From Marsupella aquatica (lineage: Eukaryota; Plantae; Marchantiophyta), in the NCBI GenBank assembly GCA_973895155.1, contig OZ316896.1, positions 15,562,576 through 15,626,575 of the forward strand: a DNA stretch of 64,000 bases, given 5' to 3'. Below are positions 38,101-52,604 of this stretch, in pieces; position 1 is the stretch's first letter; every line of letters begins with the position of its first letter. Position numbers and translations under genes: made by a program. The notes below the pieces were generated by a model. The model had not been told where the DNA came from. It did no database searches and saw only the letters and a program-made list of their open reading frames with translations.

Positions 38101-40310
38101 TTTTCTTTATCGGCTCGAAAAGAAAGAGTCGTGTAAGCCCTGATGTTCTGGATTTAGTCCACGGCATCTGACAGGCATCTCTCGGAAAGGAAACTTTTAC
38201 TGCAATGATATACACCAAACAGGCACGCGTCTTTCGGCTGTCCTTCTTGGGCGCAAGATGTCCTGACTTGACTTGGCCTGACCTGACCCCGACTGTTCTG
38301 GTTACACGTCTCACATCACACACCACAACACATTACGGCCGATTACCGTATCTCCGGTCCAAGGAGCACAGTGCTGTACAGACGTATAAATACCTACGGG
38401 CGGAGGGACGGCCCCAAGGGACGAGCTGGGTGGGACTTCTCGAGGCGCCGTGTCCCCGAGACCCTACCAACCTTTGCTGCGGTAGGGTTTACCGTAGGTT
38501 AGGTCGAAGTCAGAAGGGAATCATTGTACAGTCATATACAGTGCTACTACACAATTTTGACACATAGCTTACGCCGTATTTCTTCCCGAGACGTGTAGGC
38601 CCAAACCGTGTCCTGTTCGTTACCATAGAGATTGACCCTCTATGTTACAGTACCTGCGCGTCATAGCAGAAGGGCGGGGCGTAAAGTCTCCCTCCCTTGC
38701 TGCGGTGCTGACGTTAATACTGTGCTGTAATGGAAGGCAGGTGTTAAAGACTTTTCGTCTCTTCCCTCACGACGACGGAGATCATGCAGCCTTTAGTTTC
38801 CTTTATCCTATTTTTGCCAATAGAATAAGGGGTGCCTTTCTCCCAGTTTCTTTTCTGGGATGATGGTTCCTTTTATGATCCTGCCTGGACCGCGCCCCCA
38901 GACGGCTCCAGAAACGAGACGATCGACGTTGCAGCACAGGGCCTCAACTAAAAGAATTAAAGAAACTTACAGTGATCAAAGAAGGGAGAATACTGTTGCA
39001 CTTCTTTTCCATTTATTTTATTTTATTTTATATTTTATTATATATGTTATTCGATGTTTTTGAGTACTGGCTTCGGCTTTCGTCACAGCTCAGAGGTGGG
39101 CAAATTCGTAGAGTAGGGCGCAAAAGAGGTTGTTTAATACTATTCTCGGCGAGGAAGGAATGATTAGGAGTTATAGTTTTTATATTTGCCAAAGGTCGTT
39201 CAATCAATGTCCTGGGGGAGCTTTTCTTGGAATGAATGGATGGAAAGCAGACTAGGAGAGGGATTAATACAGTAAGTATACTGTAGTAAGAAAGGTTTGG
39301 GAATCTGGATCGTCCCCAGAAGTCAAAACACCATTCGACTCCCTTGCCGGTGAGATAATAAATGAATCTTCATTTGACTTGCACAGACCTTAAGCTTTAT
39401 GACCATGGATTTTTAAGTATTTCAGGGTCTAGGAGTTTGTTTTATTTTGCTTTTTGTTGTTTTGGACCTTCCAAAAGCTGCTGCTGTTTTGGACCTTTCA
39501 AAAGCTGCTGTTGTTTTGGAAATTCCCAAAAGCTTCTTTAGACCCAAATGAGGAGGGATTGATGCAGGAATGAAGGGAACATGCACATCCTTCAATAAGA
39601 CGGGTATATGTTCAGCGACATTCTTCCCCCTAAATTTACACACAATCTAGTTTTCCTGGCCAGAACAATTTGGGCCCACAAATATAGTGTGTGATGCTAA
39701 TAGTGTATGATATTATTACCATCATCAGCCAAATAGTGTCATACATTCTTTTTGGGAACAATTTTGAGGCAATACTTTCCAGAGTATGCAACCTTTGTCT
39801 CATTTAACAGATTTCCATTAGCCACTTCAAGAAGACACTCGAAACTTTGATAAAAATCTAGACGCAGATAATGATCCCAAAGAAATACCGGATGACATTG
39901 GGCTCAGATGGTGGAAAAGATGGAGATATTTCATTGGGAAGCAATACTATGATAGTATGAGACCATTTGCTTAGATCCAGCTGTTAAGCAAGGATATTAA
40001 GTGTTTCCACAGGATTCACTCTCAATAGAATAGGACCAGAGTCACTTAAATATATGAGGACTGCAGTCAGTACTTAACCTCGTGCAACCTGTCCCCTACA
40101 TATAAGTGGGTTGCTCTGGCCATTCACTGCTCCATCACATGTTTCTGCCCTTGTTTTTCTTCAATTGCATTCATGTGTTGTCATAAATTGCTCAATACAG
40201 GCAAGCTGCATAGGTTTCTCAAATTAATTGGGCAAGTGACTCTACAGTTGAGGTGACAATTCAGTTGATAACATGGGATGTCTTAGAGAGATATTCTTGC
40301 TAAGCCCTTA

Positions 40311-40440
40311 AAATGAAAATTGTTACTTGGTGGACCCAATTTGAATTTGAGTACCTTGATCTCAGATCTATCAATGGTCCGGGAGTGGTCATGGGTCCCT
40401 CAAGTAACACTTTTCATTGTAGGGGTCCATCAAGTAAATG
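40311..40440. mobile_element. Short foldback/MITE relic
   Basis: 'aatgaaaattgttacttggtggaccc' is inverted relative to 'gggtccctcaagtaacacttttcatt'. The 'gggtccatcaagta' motif is also present at about 10339 and 8661. Confidence 0.5.
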
Positions 40441-43400
40441 TTCGGATGTCTTATGCACAAAAGTCAATGATTAAAATTTGTTTGGATGGTGTGTGTTAAG
40501 GATCAACTTACACCTGACTTCCAGAACATAATACGCAATATATATTGAAATAAAAAGAGAATTTGTATGGGATTAAACGTTGGATTTGAAGTTCATGCTC
40601 CAATAGTAACTCCAGTTGCAGTTGCAAGAGAACTTGGAGCTTCATCTTCAGATGATCACATGAGGGAGCACATTTCCAGCGACAGCAGTAGTTCTGAGGC
40701 ACATTCAGCTATTTCTTATTCTAGCAAACCAGAACAATCATGGGTGAAATTTTGCCATCACTTTCCACAGGTATGACCAGCCAAACAAAGAACACAAAGA
40801 AAAAGCTGGCAAGAGTGTAAAATCGGGTGTAAAATGCATGTTACAGCCAGGAATACCACAACCGAGTGGCCTGAGTTCTCTTTAGGTCTCTGGGTAGGTC
40901 TCTTGGCAAAATTATCGCCCCTTGAGTGTTACATGAAATTTTGGTTAAGAAAACAACAACTGGGGTGACAGTAAACAGTAACATAGGAAAACAAAGGCTC
41001 ACTGACAGAGTAATTGATATCATGTGTGGGATCATGTGTAATACTAATTTGAGGTGTTCCTAGTTTCAGGTGATACTAATTACTTAGATGGACTGTAAAG
41101 AGAGTAGCTAGGCAAGCTCACTGACTCCTTTTGAGAGGCAATTCAAAATGAAAATATTGAGAGCTAAAAGAAGGACGGGTGAGGGACGGGTGTGCCTAAG
41201 GCATGCTCTAGAGGGGGCACAACAAATCGAGAGACTTTTTCAGCCATTCTTGATGAAATATATATAGATGTAAAGGGGAAATCTATGAAACCCCACAAAA
41301 AGGGAATAGTCAGCCACCCTATGAGTCCCAACTCAAGTGAGCTATCACACAACCATGCGTGTCTGGGCTTTCTAAGCCATTCTTGGTGAGAGGAGAGCAA
41401 CAAGGACTATACAAAAGGGCTAGATACAAAATATCCATTCAAGCCTCCACACTGGTCATATGCCTGGTCATATGTCCACCTGCAGCCTTGTCGCAAAATT
41501 TGTGGCATTATATCTAAAGTTTAAGCTTAAGCCAGCCAGTCTTAATTTGCAAAGATTTAGTATAGGATGGATGTATTTATCCCATCCTTGAAGAGGAGAA
41601 GATCTTGCCAACCTCATAGCTAGTTTAACACTTTGCCCAGCTATTTGAGGAGCATACGTGAAACTAAATTTATACAGCTGCTCGAGACAAGTCAGGTCCT
41701 ATTCACCCTATGAGATGCCATCACACTTGTGAAAGCTAAGCTCACCATAATCGTTACTCTAACCTGAATGGCTTGTTTGTTCCTAGAACTTCTTATGTCT
41801 ATGTGTTTTTCTGAGCTTTTGAGTTGATTTCTTCTTCTTCAGGTGCTGCCATCTTTCATTGCAACAACACCAACCTAGAAATTAAAGTGATAAAGGAATT
41901 GAGCATCCAAAGTTCCAAGGCCTATTGGAAGACAGTATGGGTAGATGAATCAGTTCCACTCAGACCCTTCATTCAAGTCACAACACCAGGAATCGTAACT
42001 CATTGGATAAAGCACAACATCGGGCGTCATGAGCTCAGATGGGATGTCATTCCAAACCTTTGAGCTTGGATGAGACCCAAACTGCTCCATGTATGAAATA
42101 GAAGTTTTAATTTCTAAACTCTTGTCATCCCAGATCAACTTGATTGGTATTATTATAGATCCCATGCAAACTTGAAAATGCTATCGAAACAAAGGTTTGG
42201 AATAGAGATTCGGCTCAAGCTTACAGCTCTGAGATTGTCACTAAATGTAAACTACTCTTATAATCAGAGGAGTCCAGGCAATATGAGATTTAATCCCTCC
42301 CATCTTGTCAAGCTAATAGTCCACATATAGGTTAGATGGAATCAGTGGTTTGTGTTCATGCGCAGTTGAATATACACATACTTTTTACAGAAAAAGGCCA
42401 AATAGAGTTACACACATTACGAAACGGCTCATTTTTCGGTGGCCCCCACTACAAAACATTCATTTACTAGGGCGGTCATGTAGGACCCTGATAAAATCTA
42501 CTGTATAGTAGGTGAGTGGAAAAGAAAAAAGGGGAAAAGGAAAAGACGAGCTAGATTAGGTACAGTACTAGCTACAGTACCTAAGTAGAACAGAATCTGC
42601 AACATGGCCATCTCAGCAGCAGCCGAAGAAAAGAGGGGAATGGGGGAACATTCTTTCATTCATTCACTTTCTGCCTTTTTCCCAAGAGACTGGATGTCCG
42701 GGACGCCAAAATTGGGGGCGTTTTGAAGGGTTAAAAAGGTAAGAAAACCGGACGAAGAAGTCATTCCTCTCTCCTGTCCACTCTAGAAGGTGAAAAAGTG
42801 GCCAGTAAAGAAAGCCCAGGTAAAGAAAGGGGGACAGGGATACAGGGATCGAATGAACGCCAATAATGAGAAAGAAAGAAAAGCCCTCCCGAAATTCCAA
42901 AGGCTCGCTTTTCAGATCCTCCAGAAGCCCAGATTCATCAAACCTGTTAAGCACACCGCTCTACGAGAGCAGCAGAGACGAGCCCCGCGCGATTGGAGAG
43001 AGAAATGCTAGAAAACCGTTCTTGTATGGCGAGATAGCCCACGCCCATCAGTGCTTTCCGAGACTGGGGCTGCTCCGTCTTAGTAGAGCGATGATGCAGA
43101 GCCCTGCGCGATTGAAGAGGGCGCGACAAAGGCGTGCTGTGGGAGCGTTCTTGTAATGCGGGGTCCGGGGAAGGAGGGTCGCGGGCGGGGCCCGGTGGCC
43201 GGTCATCTTGCGCGCCGAGGTGGATCGGCGGGGAGGAGGCTCTCCAGGTACGGTGACCCCGGTGGCCGGTGGCGAGGCGCCCCTGGAACGAGGGGCTTTT
43301 AATTACGTTGGGGCGAAATGAACAGAGGGGCGAAGAGGAGGAATGAATGAAGGAGTGACATGAGGGACGGTACAAAAGGGAGAGGAGAAGAGGAGCGCGA

Positions 43401-43526
43401 AAAGGAAGGGTAGGGAGGGGACAGTGGGAGTGTGGGACATTTTGCAGTGAGGGAGGGCGCGAGAGGAGACTAAATTTGTTGGCTTGCGTTTCAATCTGAA
43501 GAGGAGGAGGTGGTTCGTTGATTAGG

Positions 43527-43554
43527 TGTCTGTCTGTCTGTCTGTCTGTCTGTC
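43527..43554 (+). repeat. (TGTC)7 microsatellite in the upstream/5'-leader region of the bHLH gene
   Basis: Read directly: seven TGTC units ending in TGTCCC. Confidence 0.9.
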
Positions 43555-44861
43555 CCTTTGCAAAATCTCCGTGTTTCGCTCACTACAGTTATTTAGCCGA
43601 ATCGGGGCTCGCGGTGTGGGAGAGGGAGAGAGAAGCAAGGTGGGCCTGAGTGTTTGCGAGCCGCTCAAGTAGTAATATTGAGTGAGTGAGGCGATCGAAT
43701 TTGATGGGATCCGCCGTACGAAGAAGAATGTGAGAGCGGAGATTGGAGTACTCGCGAGCTTGGAGAAGCTTGCTTGCTACACTTCGACCATGTACATCAT
43801 GCAACCTGGCGCAGTTAGTTGGAGGAATTGGCCGGAGCTGTGCAAACTTGGTGTGTGATGAGGTGAGAGATTTTTTATAGAAGTGATAGTAGTGATGAGT
43901 AAGTGAGGAGATGCTGGAGGGGAGGCGTCCGGCAGGATGTGTGTTGTCGGAGGGCCCATCTTCTGAGGCGGAACTCTGGCATTAGGGTGCGCATCATTCT
44001 AGCTCGCGAGCGAAACTGCAAGCTAAGTTGGCAGGTGGGCCACTTTCTCCGCGGTGTGTTGACTCCCTAGCTCGCAACCTAGGTGACGTTGTTGGCTACT
44101 GTCTCCTGGATCTACTGCCGGTGTCCCTCTCAGTTCTCGTGATCCTCTAGATTATGTTGGATCCGCCTTCAGGAAGCGAGCGTTAGTATTTCGTGCTGGG
44201 ATGCTGCTGCTTAGTGTGTGGTATTCGGACGACTTGTAGCTGAACTCGAGGCTGCACTCTCAGCTCATCCTTTTCTTAGTCCTGCCCCAAAAAGGATTTT
44301 TCATTGCGTCCGGCCGACTGTGCTTCCCATAGATTTTGCCACCGGTCGAATCTGGAACTGTAGAGGAGCCACCGAGAGTTTAGATAAATGCCTCAGAAAA
44401 ACTCCATTCGCTTTTGACGTACATAATCTCAACTGGCCGTTTAGTCTTTTCTTACAGAGGCCGTTGAGCGAACTTATTCTGCTGAGAAGTTAAGCTTCGT
44501 TGGTTTGACCGTGCTGGTACACCTCGAGCAGCCAATCACTGTCGTAGAGTTGCCATCAAACATCCCACATCGCGTGTTTTGCTCACGAGGTTTCAGCAGT
44601 GAGGATTCTCATACGATTCTGGAAGGAAAATATCTGTCCATGAGGACTGTCATCTCTCTCTTCAATTCCTGATATGTTACCGATGTCTTCACAAGACAAC
44701 TGCAGAAGAGCGGGAAGATCAATTATTTGAGTCCTGTGAAGGATTTTCTTCGACTTGACAGCGGTGGCTCGGCTTTTAGTGGTGAAAGCAATTAACAGTA
44801 CGTACGTATCGAAGCTCTGACCAGCACCGTGGATAGGCGACGATCTTAAATCGCCGACGAA

Positions 44862-47800
44862 ATGTCCAAGATGATGGCTCACAATCTCTCCGCACATGCC
44901 CTATCGTCCGCATTCAACCACCGCGCCTCTCCCTACCTTGGTCAAGATCAGATGATCTCCAGCCGCCACATTCCTATCTTGTCCGTCCCAGATATCCTCG
45001 ACGCTTTCCACCAAACCCACGCCTCGAGCACTGCAAATATGTGCAACAACTCTCTACTACGTTCAGCAAGCACGCACATTGAACCGTGGGAGCTGCCAGA
45101 GCTGAAGTGGCTAGATCCCGTAGAGAGCAACGTGGTAGGATCAAGTGCTATTCATGCCGAACCGGATAGGTTCGCTGTACAATCGTTGACAAGTTCAGTT
45201 CCCGAAAAGTTTGGCTTCGATGGAGGAGAAAGATGGCCATTCTCAGAGCTCTATGCAGTGGGCGATCAAGTAATGGCAAACAGTGCGGGTGCAGTGGACG
45301 ACAGCCTCGCCCAATTCTCCTTGCAGTCGATGGTAACAGCTTCCCCGGCGGTTAGCAGTGGATCTTCCATATTAACAAGAAAAACTCGTGGAATGTCGGG
45401 CTCAGCGACCAATATCTCGAGCTTTGCCAGGAGAGACTTCCCAAAGTCTGGCTTCCCGAAGTCCGCAAATGGCTCCACTCCTGTAGACTTGTCCAATGAC
45501 ACGTCTACAGTCACACCGACCTGCAGTAGCGGCTCGCACAAACGATCTGTGCCATCTGATCGACCGGATTCCGATCTCACTCAAGAGATTTCCAACCCTG
45601 GTCCGTCGGAATTCAAAGTGGCATCTGATAAGTTTCTTCCTGGAGATAGACTCAATTTTAAGAGAGAGTCCCCGTCGAGTACAATTTCATTCCCAACGGA
45701 AAAACGAAAGAGGCTTCAGGATGGTGGGGCTACACCTTGCAGTTCAGCAGGACCTAAGGTCCAGAAGGCAACCGTTGAGAAAGGCAGTCGAGCGGGTAAA
45801 GAGCAATCTGTGAGTCCCAATCGAGAAACCAACAAGAAATCGGCAGCCACAGCCAGCGCGGCTGCAGCTTCCGACCATGAAATTCATATTTGGACTGAGC
45901 GGGAGAGACGGAAGAAGATGAATGGCATGTTCACAACATTACATTCTTTGCTTCCTCATCTTACCTCAAAGGTTAATGTTCTTCTCCACTCTACCATCCA
46001 CTCTGTCTTGTGGTTTTCTGGGATGAGCTCAGCACTTATCCCAATTACTCTAGCTCGTTACTATGTGCCTTATTTTTCTGCAACGCCATATCTGCAGGGC
46101 ATATCTGCAAGTATGCAAACTCATTCTGACATGACGTCACTGGAACATAATTATCTCCTGACTGTTTGCGCTCCTTCATACTATAGTGGTTCGGATATTT
46201 TCCGCGGTCGTTCCTACTTTCTCTAAGACGTTGCTTAATTCATCCTCTAGGCTCTGATTTTACAGAGCCTTTCGTCGTTAACTAGTGGGCTAGGTGACCG
46301 GAAGGCCACCGGCATAAACATATAAGAAGTAAGAAGCACGCCAGGACGAGCAATTACTGTACTTGTCTGGCCTTCGGACATTGTAATGTGTCGTCATCAA
46401 CTCTAGATGGTCTGTTTAAAACAGTTCTCATTCCGCTTTTCGATTAGAACGAACACGACGATCAGATGATGTTGTGTATGGGGAACTTGGCACGTAGACC
46501 ACGGTCCGTAAAATGTCGATCTAGCTGCCTCGACCAGTGCTCGACCAACTATTACATGTTATATTTGGCATCTTAACTAAGGCACCGCCACGACATTCCT
46601 GGTGATTCTGTTCGAGTGATGAAACCTGTGCACGTTAAGTGCCTTCTGTGCTATTTGCGACATCGCGTGTGTTCGCGTGGAAGCCGGCAAAATTGTGGTA
46701 CAACTATTACGTAGTATTTCGGTCGAGCTCTCTATTTGGCAACGTAGAGAAGAACGAGTGATTTCAACCAAGTGCTCTATTAGCAACCTAGACGTAGTTC
46801 CTCGTAATTCCAAATATCCGAACTGACAAGCTAGCAGTTCATTGATTGCCACGGGTTCTGTGCTAGGTTTGTTTAATATTTATGCATGGAGGACGTCATT
46901 TCCATGCGGATAGAGCGACAGAAGGCAGCTAAAGTATGATTCTTGGGACAGACAGTACAAAGTATATATTGTTTCACCAGGAGAGATCCTGATTCTGCAC
47001 TCTGCACTCTGCACTCTGCACGTAATGCGTGGCTCCCAGTGATCAAAACGTCATCAGCATTGGCGATGACTTAGGAGCTCGGAGCTCAGCATCTACGCAA
47101 GCTTCGAAGTATTCATGTGGTTTTCTATTCCTTTCCATTGAACATTGGGATACGAGTTGACTAAGAAAGATGTTTGGAAATTTAGAGAACTGGGCACTGA
47201 GTCCGACGAAGATGCAATATTAACTACATTGGGCTTATATCTACCCCTTCCATATAAGTTCCGTAGCCTGACCAACCAGGGAGCTTCGCTTGTCTCACCA
47301 TCGAAAGCTAGAAGACATACCACTTCGCTTGAAATGCGTGTTGCCTCTTTCAAATCATATACCCAGTGATTGAAGACCTCTCTAGAGTCTATGATGGCAC
47401 CGTTTGTGTCGACGTTGTAGGTTCCAAATTATTCGAACCTCAGGAAATCTAGTAGATCCGATTACGTCCCTGCTCACCCTACCTCGATCATCAATCGATC
47501 AGTCTGCGTGACTCTTGTACGAGCTCGGGGTTGGATTTTAGTGCGAATCCAGTGACGGTTTTCACTTCGTGATCTCCTTCTATTTTCTCCCAACAAGGGA
47601 ACGATTCAACATAGTTGGATCGGCTGGATCTGATTAGTCACCACATTGAGATCATTGCATCTCGGTCTTCGACTGCTTAGCCCCTTTGCTCCATTTTGAG
47701 CTTCAGGGTTTAGGGTCAATTGGTTCAGGGGAATGTTCCAATTTCTAGGCTGTACGTCGGCGTTCCTCTCGAATGCTTCCAGTGCTGTCCCGATGCGATC

Positions 47801-49354
47801 CCTATTAATATTCCCCCATCTGAACGTACCTAGCACAATGTTGATCTAGGAGGGGACACTTAGTTGCTGCGGATAGTGACATATCGTTAGCAATGTGAGC
47901 ATCACGTGCATCTGCGAGGTCAATTCTGGAATTCTGGAGTTCTCGTTTCATTTTTAAGAGTTGGGCACTGACATTGACAACGTACTCTTTGCAGGCAGAT
48001 AAGTCAACCATCGTGGATGAAGCAATTAACTATATCCAGTCGCTGGAGGTAACAATGAAGGGAATGCTGAAGCGGAAGTGCGAGAGGTCCAATTCTTCCA
48101 GTACCTTGCTGCCGAGCACGCTGATTGAGACGGACAAAATCTCGCCAGCTAGCAGCAGCATGTGTGGATCTAAGGGGAAGGTATCGGTTGGATCGGCGGG
48201 TGATTCAAATAAGTTCCAAACGCTCTGCTCGCCAAATATAGTTCTCAACATGTGTGGATCGGATGCTTTCATCACTATATGCAGTCCTCGTGGGAGGTCT
48301 GGCTTGCTGTGCCGCGTCCTCTTCGTCATGGAGTCGCACAGGCTACAAGTTGTAAATGCCCACATTTCCACAACCGATGACACGAATCTGTTCATGCTCC
48401 ATGCTCAGGTTGGTACATCTTCCTTCTGCTGATTGCACTACGTCGTGATAAGCTTCCCTACTGATTTTCGTTTTAGAGGCCGTCTGGTACGTTCATGGAT
48501 AAAATATTCCAAATTGAACTTCGCGATGAGTCATTAAGACTGGATCCCTATAAATGCAAGCACCTGAAAGGCATACTTTCAAGCTTTCAAACTTTTCAAA
48601 CTTCAAGGGCCTATTCGCACAGAGCTTCACCTTAGATGGATTGATCGGTTGGAATGTACATGCAGCAATATTACTTAGTGTGTATGTAGTTTAGTCGGAC
48701 AGGGAAATTACAAAAAATGGGCCTCGGACTTTCGAAGGAGACTGCAAAACTACACGGAGCAAAGTTTCGAAGACTTTACTGAATAAGTATCTCCGGTCCG
48801 CGCGATTAAGTCTCTACGATCCACGTTCGATCGAGGTTGTACGTAAACTACTTACAAAACTGACTTCGGTCCAAAAGTTTGGGTTAAAAAGAGTAGATGT
48901 TATAGGTCAACTATATATTAACTACTCAGAATCTCGAAACAGAAGCATTCCATAGACGTCACAACTGAACCTGGGTAGTTTCGTAGTGTACAGGTAATTT
49001 TATAATCTAATGTATTACTCTGCCAGTCAATGTGTGAATCGTCGACGGTATGAAAATGTTGTTCGAAGAGGATAAATTGATTGTTCACCCTCGCGTCGAT
49101 CACAGTACATGCCTGAAATAGCATGTGGAAAGACATTTCACATTTGTATATATATCTGTCAGAAATAGAAATGAACAAGCTGTCGTCCCCTACTTTGGGA
49201 ACATTCCCATGTCTTAAACGAAGAGCGCTTCTGACAATCCGCCTGTGCTTGATGGTTTTCGCAGAGCGTGGATAGGAACCAATTTTGCAACCCCGACATG
49301 CTCAACGTCGCTTTGCAAGACTTGACGAGTTGCCTGGATACAAGCTGTCAATGA
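44862..49354 (+). CDS. ZOU: ZHOUPI/bHLH95-like bHLH transcription factor with a C-terminal ACT-like domain, about 537 aa
   Basis: Exons 44862-45971, 47995-48408 and 49265-49354 (GT-AG, phase 0). The spliced bHLH reads [34 protein letters not shown]|[18 protein letters not shown], matching the ZOU signature [15 protein letters not shown]...[12 protein letters not shown]. The C-terminal [23 protein letters not shown]...[23 protein letters not shown] matches the ZOU-family ACT-like region. The start codon and last exon are less certain. Confidence 0.88.
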
Positions 49355-51700
49355 CCTCGGAGGTTCTGTGAGTACGTACATGTAAATTTATGTATTACAA
49401 TCCGGCTTGATTAAATTATCATCTCAGGATAGAGAATATCACGGATCTGGGTGCCCCCCATTGTCCTAGAAATCTCATGTGGACCTCGACAAAGAGAAGA
49501 GACCTCAGCTTGAAAGATGGAGTTTATCATGAAGCCGTCTGAAATGGCTAGCAACGGAAGTTCAGCAAGGCGACCATCAATCTTGGCATGATCAATCATT
49601 TGTCTGATCGAGGTAGAACCTGAGGGATCGATAAGTCTGCACTGGACGAAGTAATTTGCATGCGATGAGCTCTTTAGTCTACGTGAAACGCACGCATCTT
49701 GCTGGCTGTGCTGATAGTGCTGATATCAATGAGGAACGTACTACAGATCAGTGACCACGCAAGATGTCATAACGAACGAGTCCGAGCAAGTTCAGGAACG
49801 AGGAGGTGTCCGTTGGAACTTAGAAGATCCTGGCTATGGTCGTACTGTACTCAAACTACGTACTTCTGCTCAAGTGGTCGATGATTTCTGCCGAGAAAGA
49901 TGTAACTAAGCCACAATCTTCAGAAACTTACTTAACGGCGGGGACTCAGGAGCAAGCAAAAGCATCCGACCATGCGGACCCAGAGGTCTTGCCTCATAAC
50001 GGACGTGTTTCACGGGATCATGCAGCTTTGGTTCGACATGGCTACCGTGGTCACCGGCCCGACCACCGCTGGAGTCCGGAGGCATGTGCGTGAAATGAAG
50101 TACATCCAAGCATTTCTTTGAGGAATGCCTGTCGCTATGCATTCACATGCTATCGATGTCGGGAACGTGGTCAAGGGGTAAATGTCGGCATCGGACAGAT
50201 GTCTGTCAAATCGACATTTATATACTTAAAGCTGCTGCAGCTCAGACTCTTCAGACCATCATCGGGTGTCGCCTTCTCAGGACCTTTTTCCTGCTTAGGA
50301 CAACAAGCGCGCGGCCTCCAGACCTCGGGCTGAGGCACAGTCCTGCGGTCTGAAGGTAGAGATGGAGGGACCTTGGAGAACACGATCCTTGAAACAGGGG
50401 CTGTTTATGATTGCGTTCGAAAGCAAGGAGGCTTGCAGGCAAAGTTTAACAGTGTTCCACCGACATTGTGATTCTAGCTTCATCATCATAGTCAATAGGA
50501 GCTATAGTAGACATCTTCTCATCGATACTCTCACTCGTGTGAGTTGAGTCTCTTGGAGACGGGTGATTGATCATTGAAGCCAGCACCTCGCTTACTGGTG
50601 GAAGAGGGCGATTCTCACCCGCCCCGCCCTGGATCAGGCCCAGCGGTTGCGCATGCGCTTGCAAGGACTACTGTCCGTCCGTTGATCCATCGCACAATCA
50701 TTCTGATGCAGCCTCATGATTTTCTCTTGTTTGAACACGGTGCTTCATAATCAGGTGCTCTGCAACATGCCGAAATTCGTAGCGAAGTCTGTACAGTCAG
50801 TTAGTACAGTCGTGTGTCAATCGTCATGCGGCTATGGTCACACGATTATGACCCTTTCTCACAAGTTGGGGTTAGACACGGCTGGCATTGGAAGAGATCG
50901 TATATTTACGAGGTAGCGAAAGCGACGAACGTAGCTAGGGTCATGATCGCAACTTTTTGGATTGCGAGGGTAGAGGAATGATTACCTTAACTTTTCGGGA
51001 TGTAGGTCGATAGGGACTAAATTTGTCTGAGTGCGTAGCTCGCGGGAGAAGATGCAGCACGGTTCTGGTAGAGCACTTTCTCTCAACAGAAAACCTATAC
51101 TAGAGTTTAAAAGAGAGGACACGGCGCAATGTGTACACTTGAGCCCTGCATAGCGACTCGTCATTTGATCAGATTACGGTTCCAAATGATCTCGGAATAA
51201 ATTTTATTTTCGTTTCCATCTGAGAGCAAACAAAGTTGTACCTATATGTACTTATAAGACCATAAGTCTGTAGCTCGAGGTCTGTCGATGTTGCTCTGGA
51301 CTGCCACTGGTTTCCTCTCTTCCAAACTTAGGCTTGCCTACATCCCTTTCATTGTCGGGCTCAGATGTGATCCACATTCTGTATCGCGATATTAACGGGG
51401 CTACTAACCCGACAAAATTGTAATCGCGATATTACAAGAGAGCGTCGATTAGGATCCTCGTTAATGGAACGTTGAGCTCTAGCTGGTCAATTTCCACACT
51501 TGGCACCAGCGAAACTTGCATCCTTCCTTTTCTGAAATAAGTTAACAGTAGAGGGTACAGTGTCTTCAATGCAGCACCATCCGTTACTTGGTCTTGAACA
51601 GCGAGTCGCTCAGATCGTCCCTGCAAACAGCTTGACTTGGGAAAATTCAATCAATTATTGCGTGGACATAAAGAAACATTAAATATACTCGAAATTCTTA

Positions 51701-51951
51701 TACTCCATCAATCATGAATTCTGGGGCAGAACAAGTATCTATTCGTTGGAAGACATCCAGAACCTTGCAGGATAAGCATTGACTCAATTGGGCGTATGAC
51801 CGAATAAATCAACAGTGTCTCTATAGACTCCATCATCAATCATGAATTCTGCGGCAGAACAAGTAACTATTCGATGGAAGACATCTAGAACTTTGCAGGA
51901 TAACCATTGACTCAATTGGGGCGTATGACCGAATAAACCAACAGTGTCTCC
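51701..51951. repeat. Tandem duplication, about 127-bp unit
   Basis: 'atcaatcatgaattctg.ggcagaacaagta.ctattcg.tggaagacatc.agaac.ttgcaggataa.cattgactcaattggg.gtatgaccgaataaa.caacagtgtctc' occurs twice. Confidence 0.85.
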
Positions 51952-52604
51952 ACCGAGGAATTAATTCAAAGCCACTCACTGCTTGTGTTCCGTGGGCAGG
52001 CTTTTGACGTCGGACTGCAGCACCACGCTACTAACAGTACGATCATACTGCAACCCCAATTTGTACTGTATGGTGTCTGCAGCCATAAAGGGCCTCGCTC
52101 AGTCAGAAAATCTTACGTCTGTGTTGTACGCGAGCCCATATTAAAACAACTCCTTTGCCCTGCTGCAGCCTTACGGTCCAGCGCCTGCCTCTCTGCACCT
52201 TTACGTCATAGAAACTTTTGAATGTCGTCTTTCTCTTCGTTCCACCGTGTCAGGTTCTCTGCAGCTAGTTCATTTTTCGTATCATCGATCCCTCTGCCAC
52301 CAAATTGTCCGGGCGCGCTGTTCTTTTAAGGAAACTCAAGTACTCCTCCGTGTGTACCTTCAGAGTAATTCATTTCCATTTAAAGGTCGTGCATCGATCA
52401 CCCCTTGCCTCAAGACACGAGTGCGATGGATCTGTTTGCTGAGCAGGGCCTCGATCACTCCTGACTCTGCCGTAGCAACAGACGACTCTTCCAGCTTTTC
52501 TTTTCCGTGGTCTGTGCCTGCTGCATGACAAGCATATCTAGCCGACGACTTTTCAGAGCTCACCTTCTACATATTCAAGGAATAATGTAAGCTTTCTGCA
52601 TGGC

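Noticed and set aside
39400-42300. Possible LINE or other TE coding remnant
   Set aside because: The sequence is CpG-poor and TE-like, but I could not read any diagnostic motif in any frame.
45972-46226. C-terminal 84 aa of the 454-aa ORF
   Set aside because: This is intron read-through: the bHLH is completed only by splicing AAG|GT (45971) to 47995.
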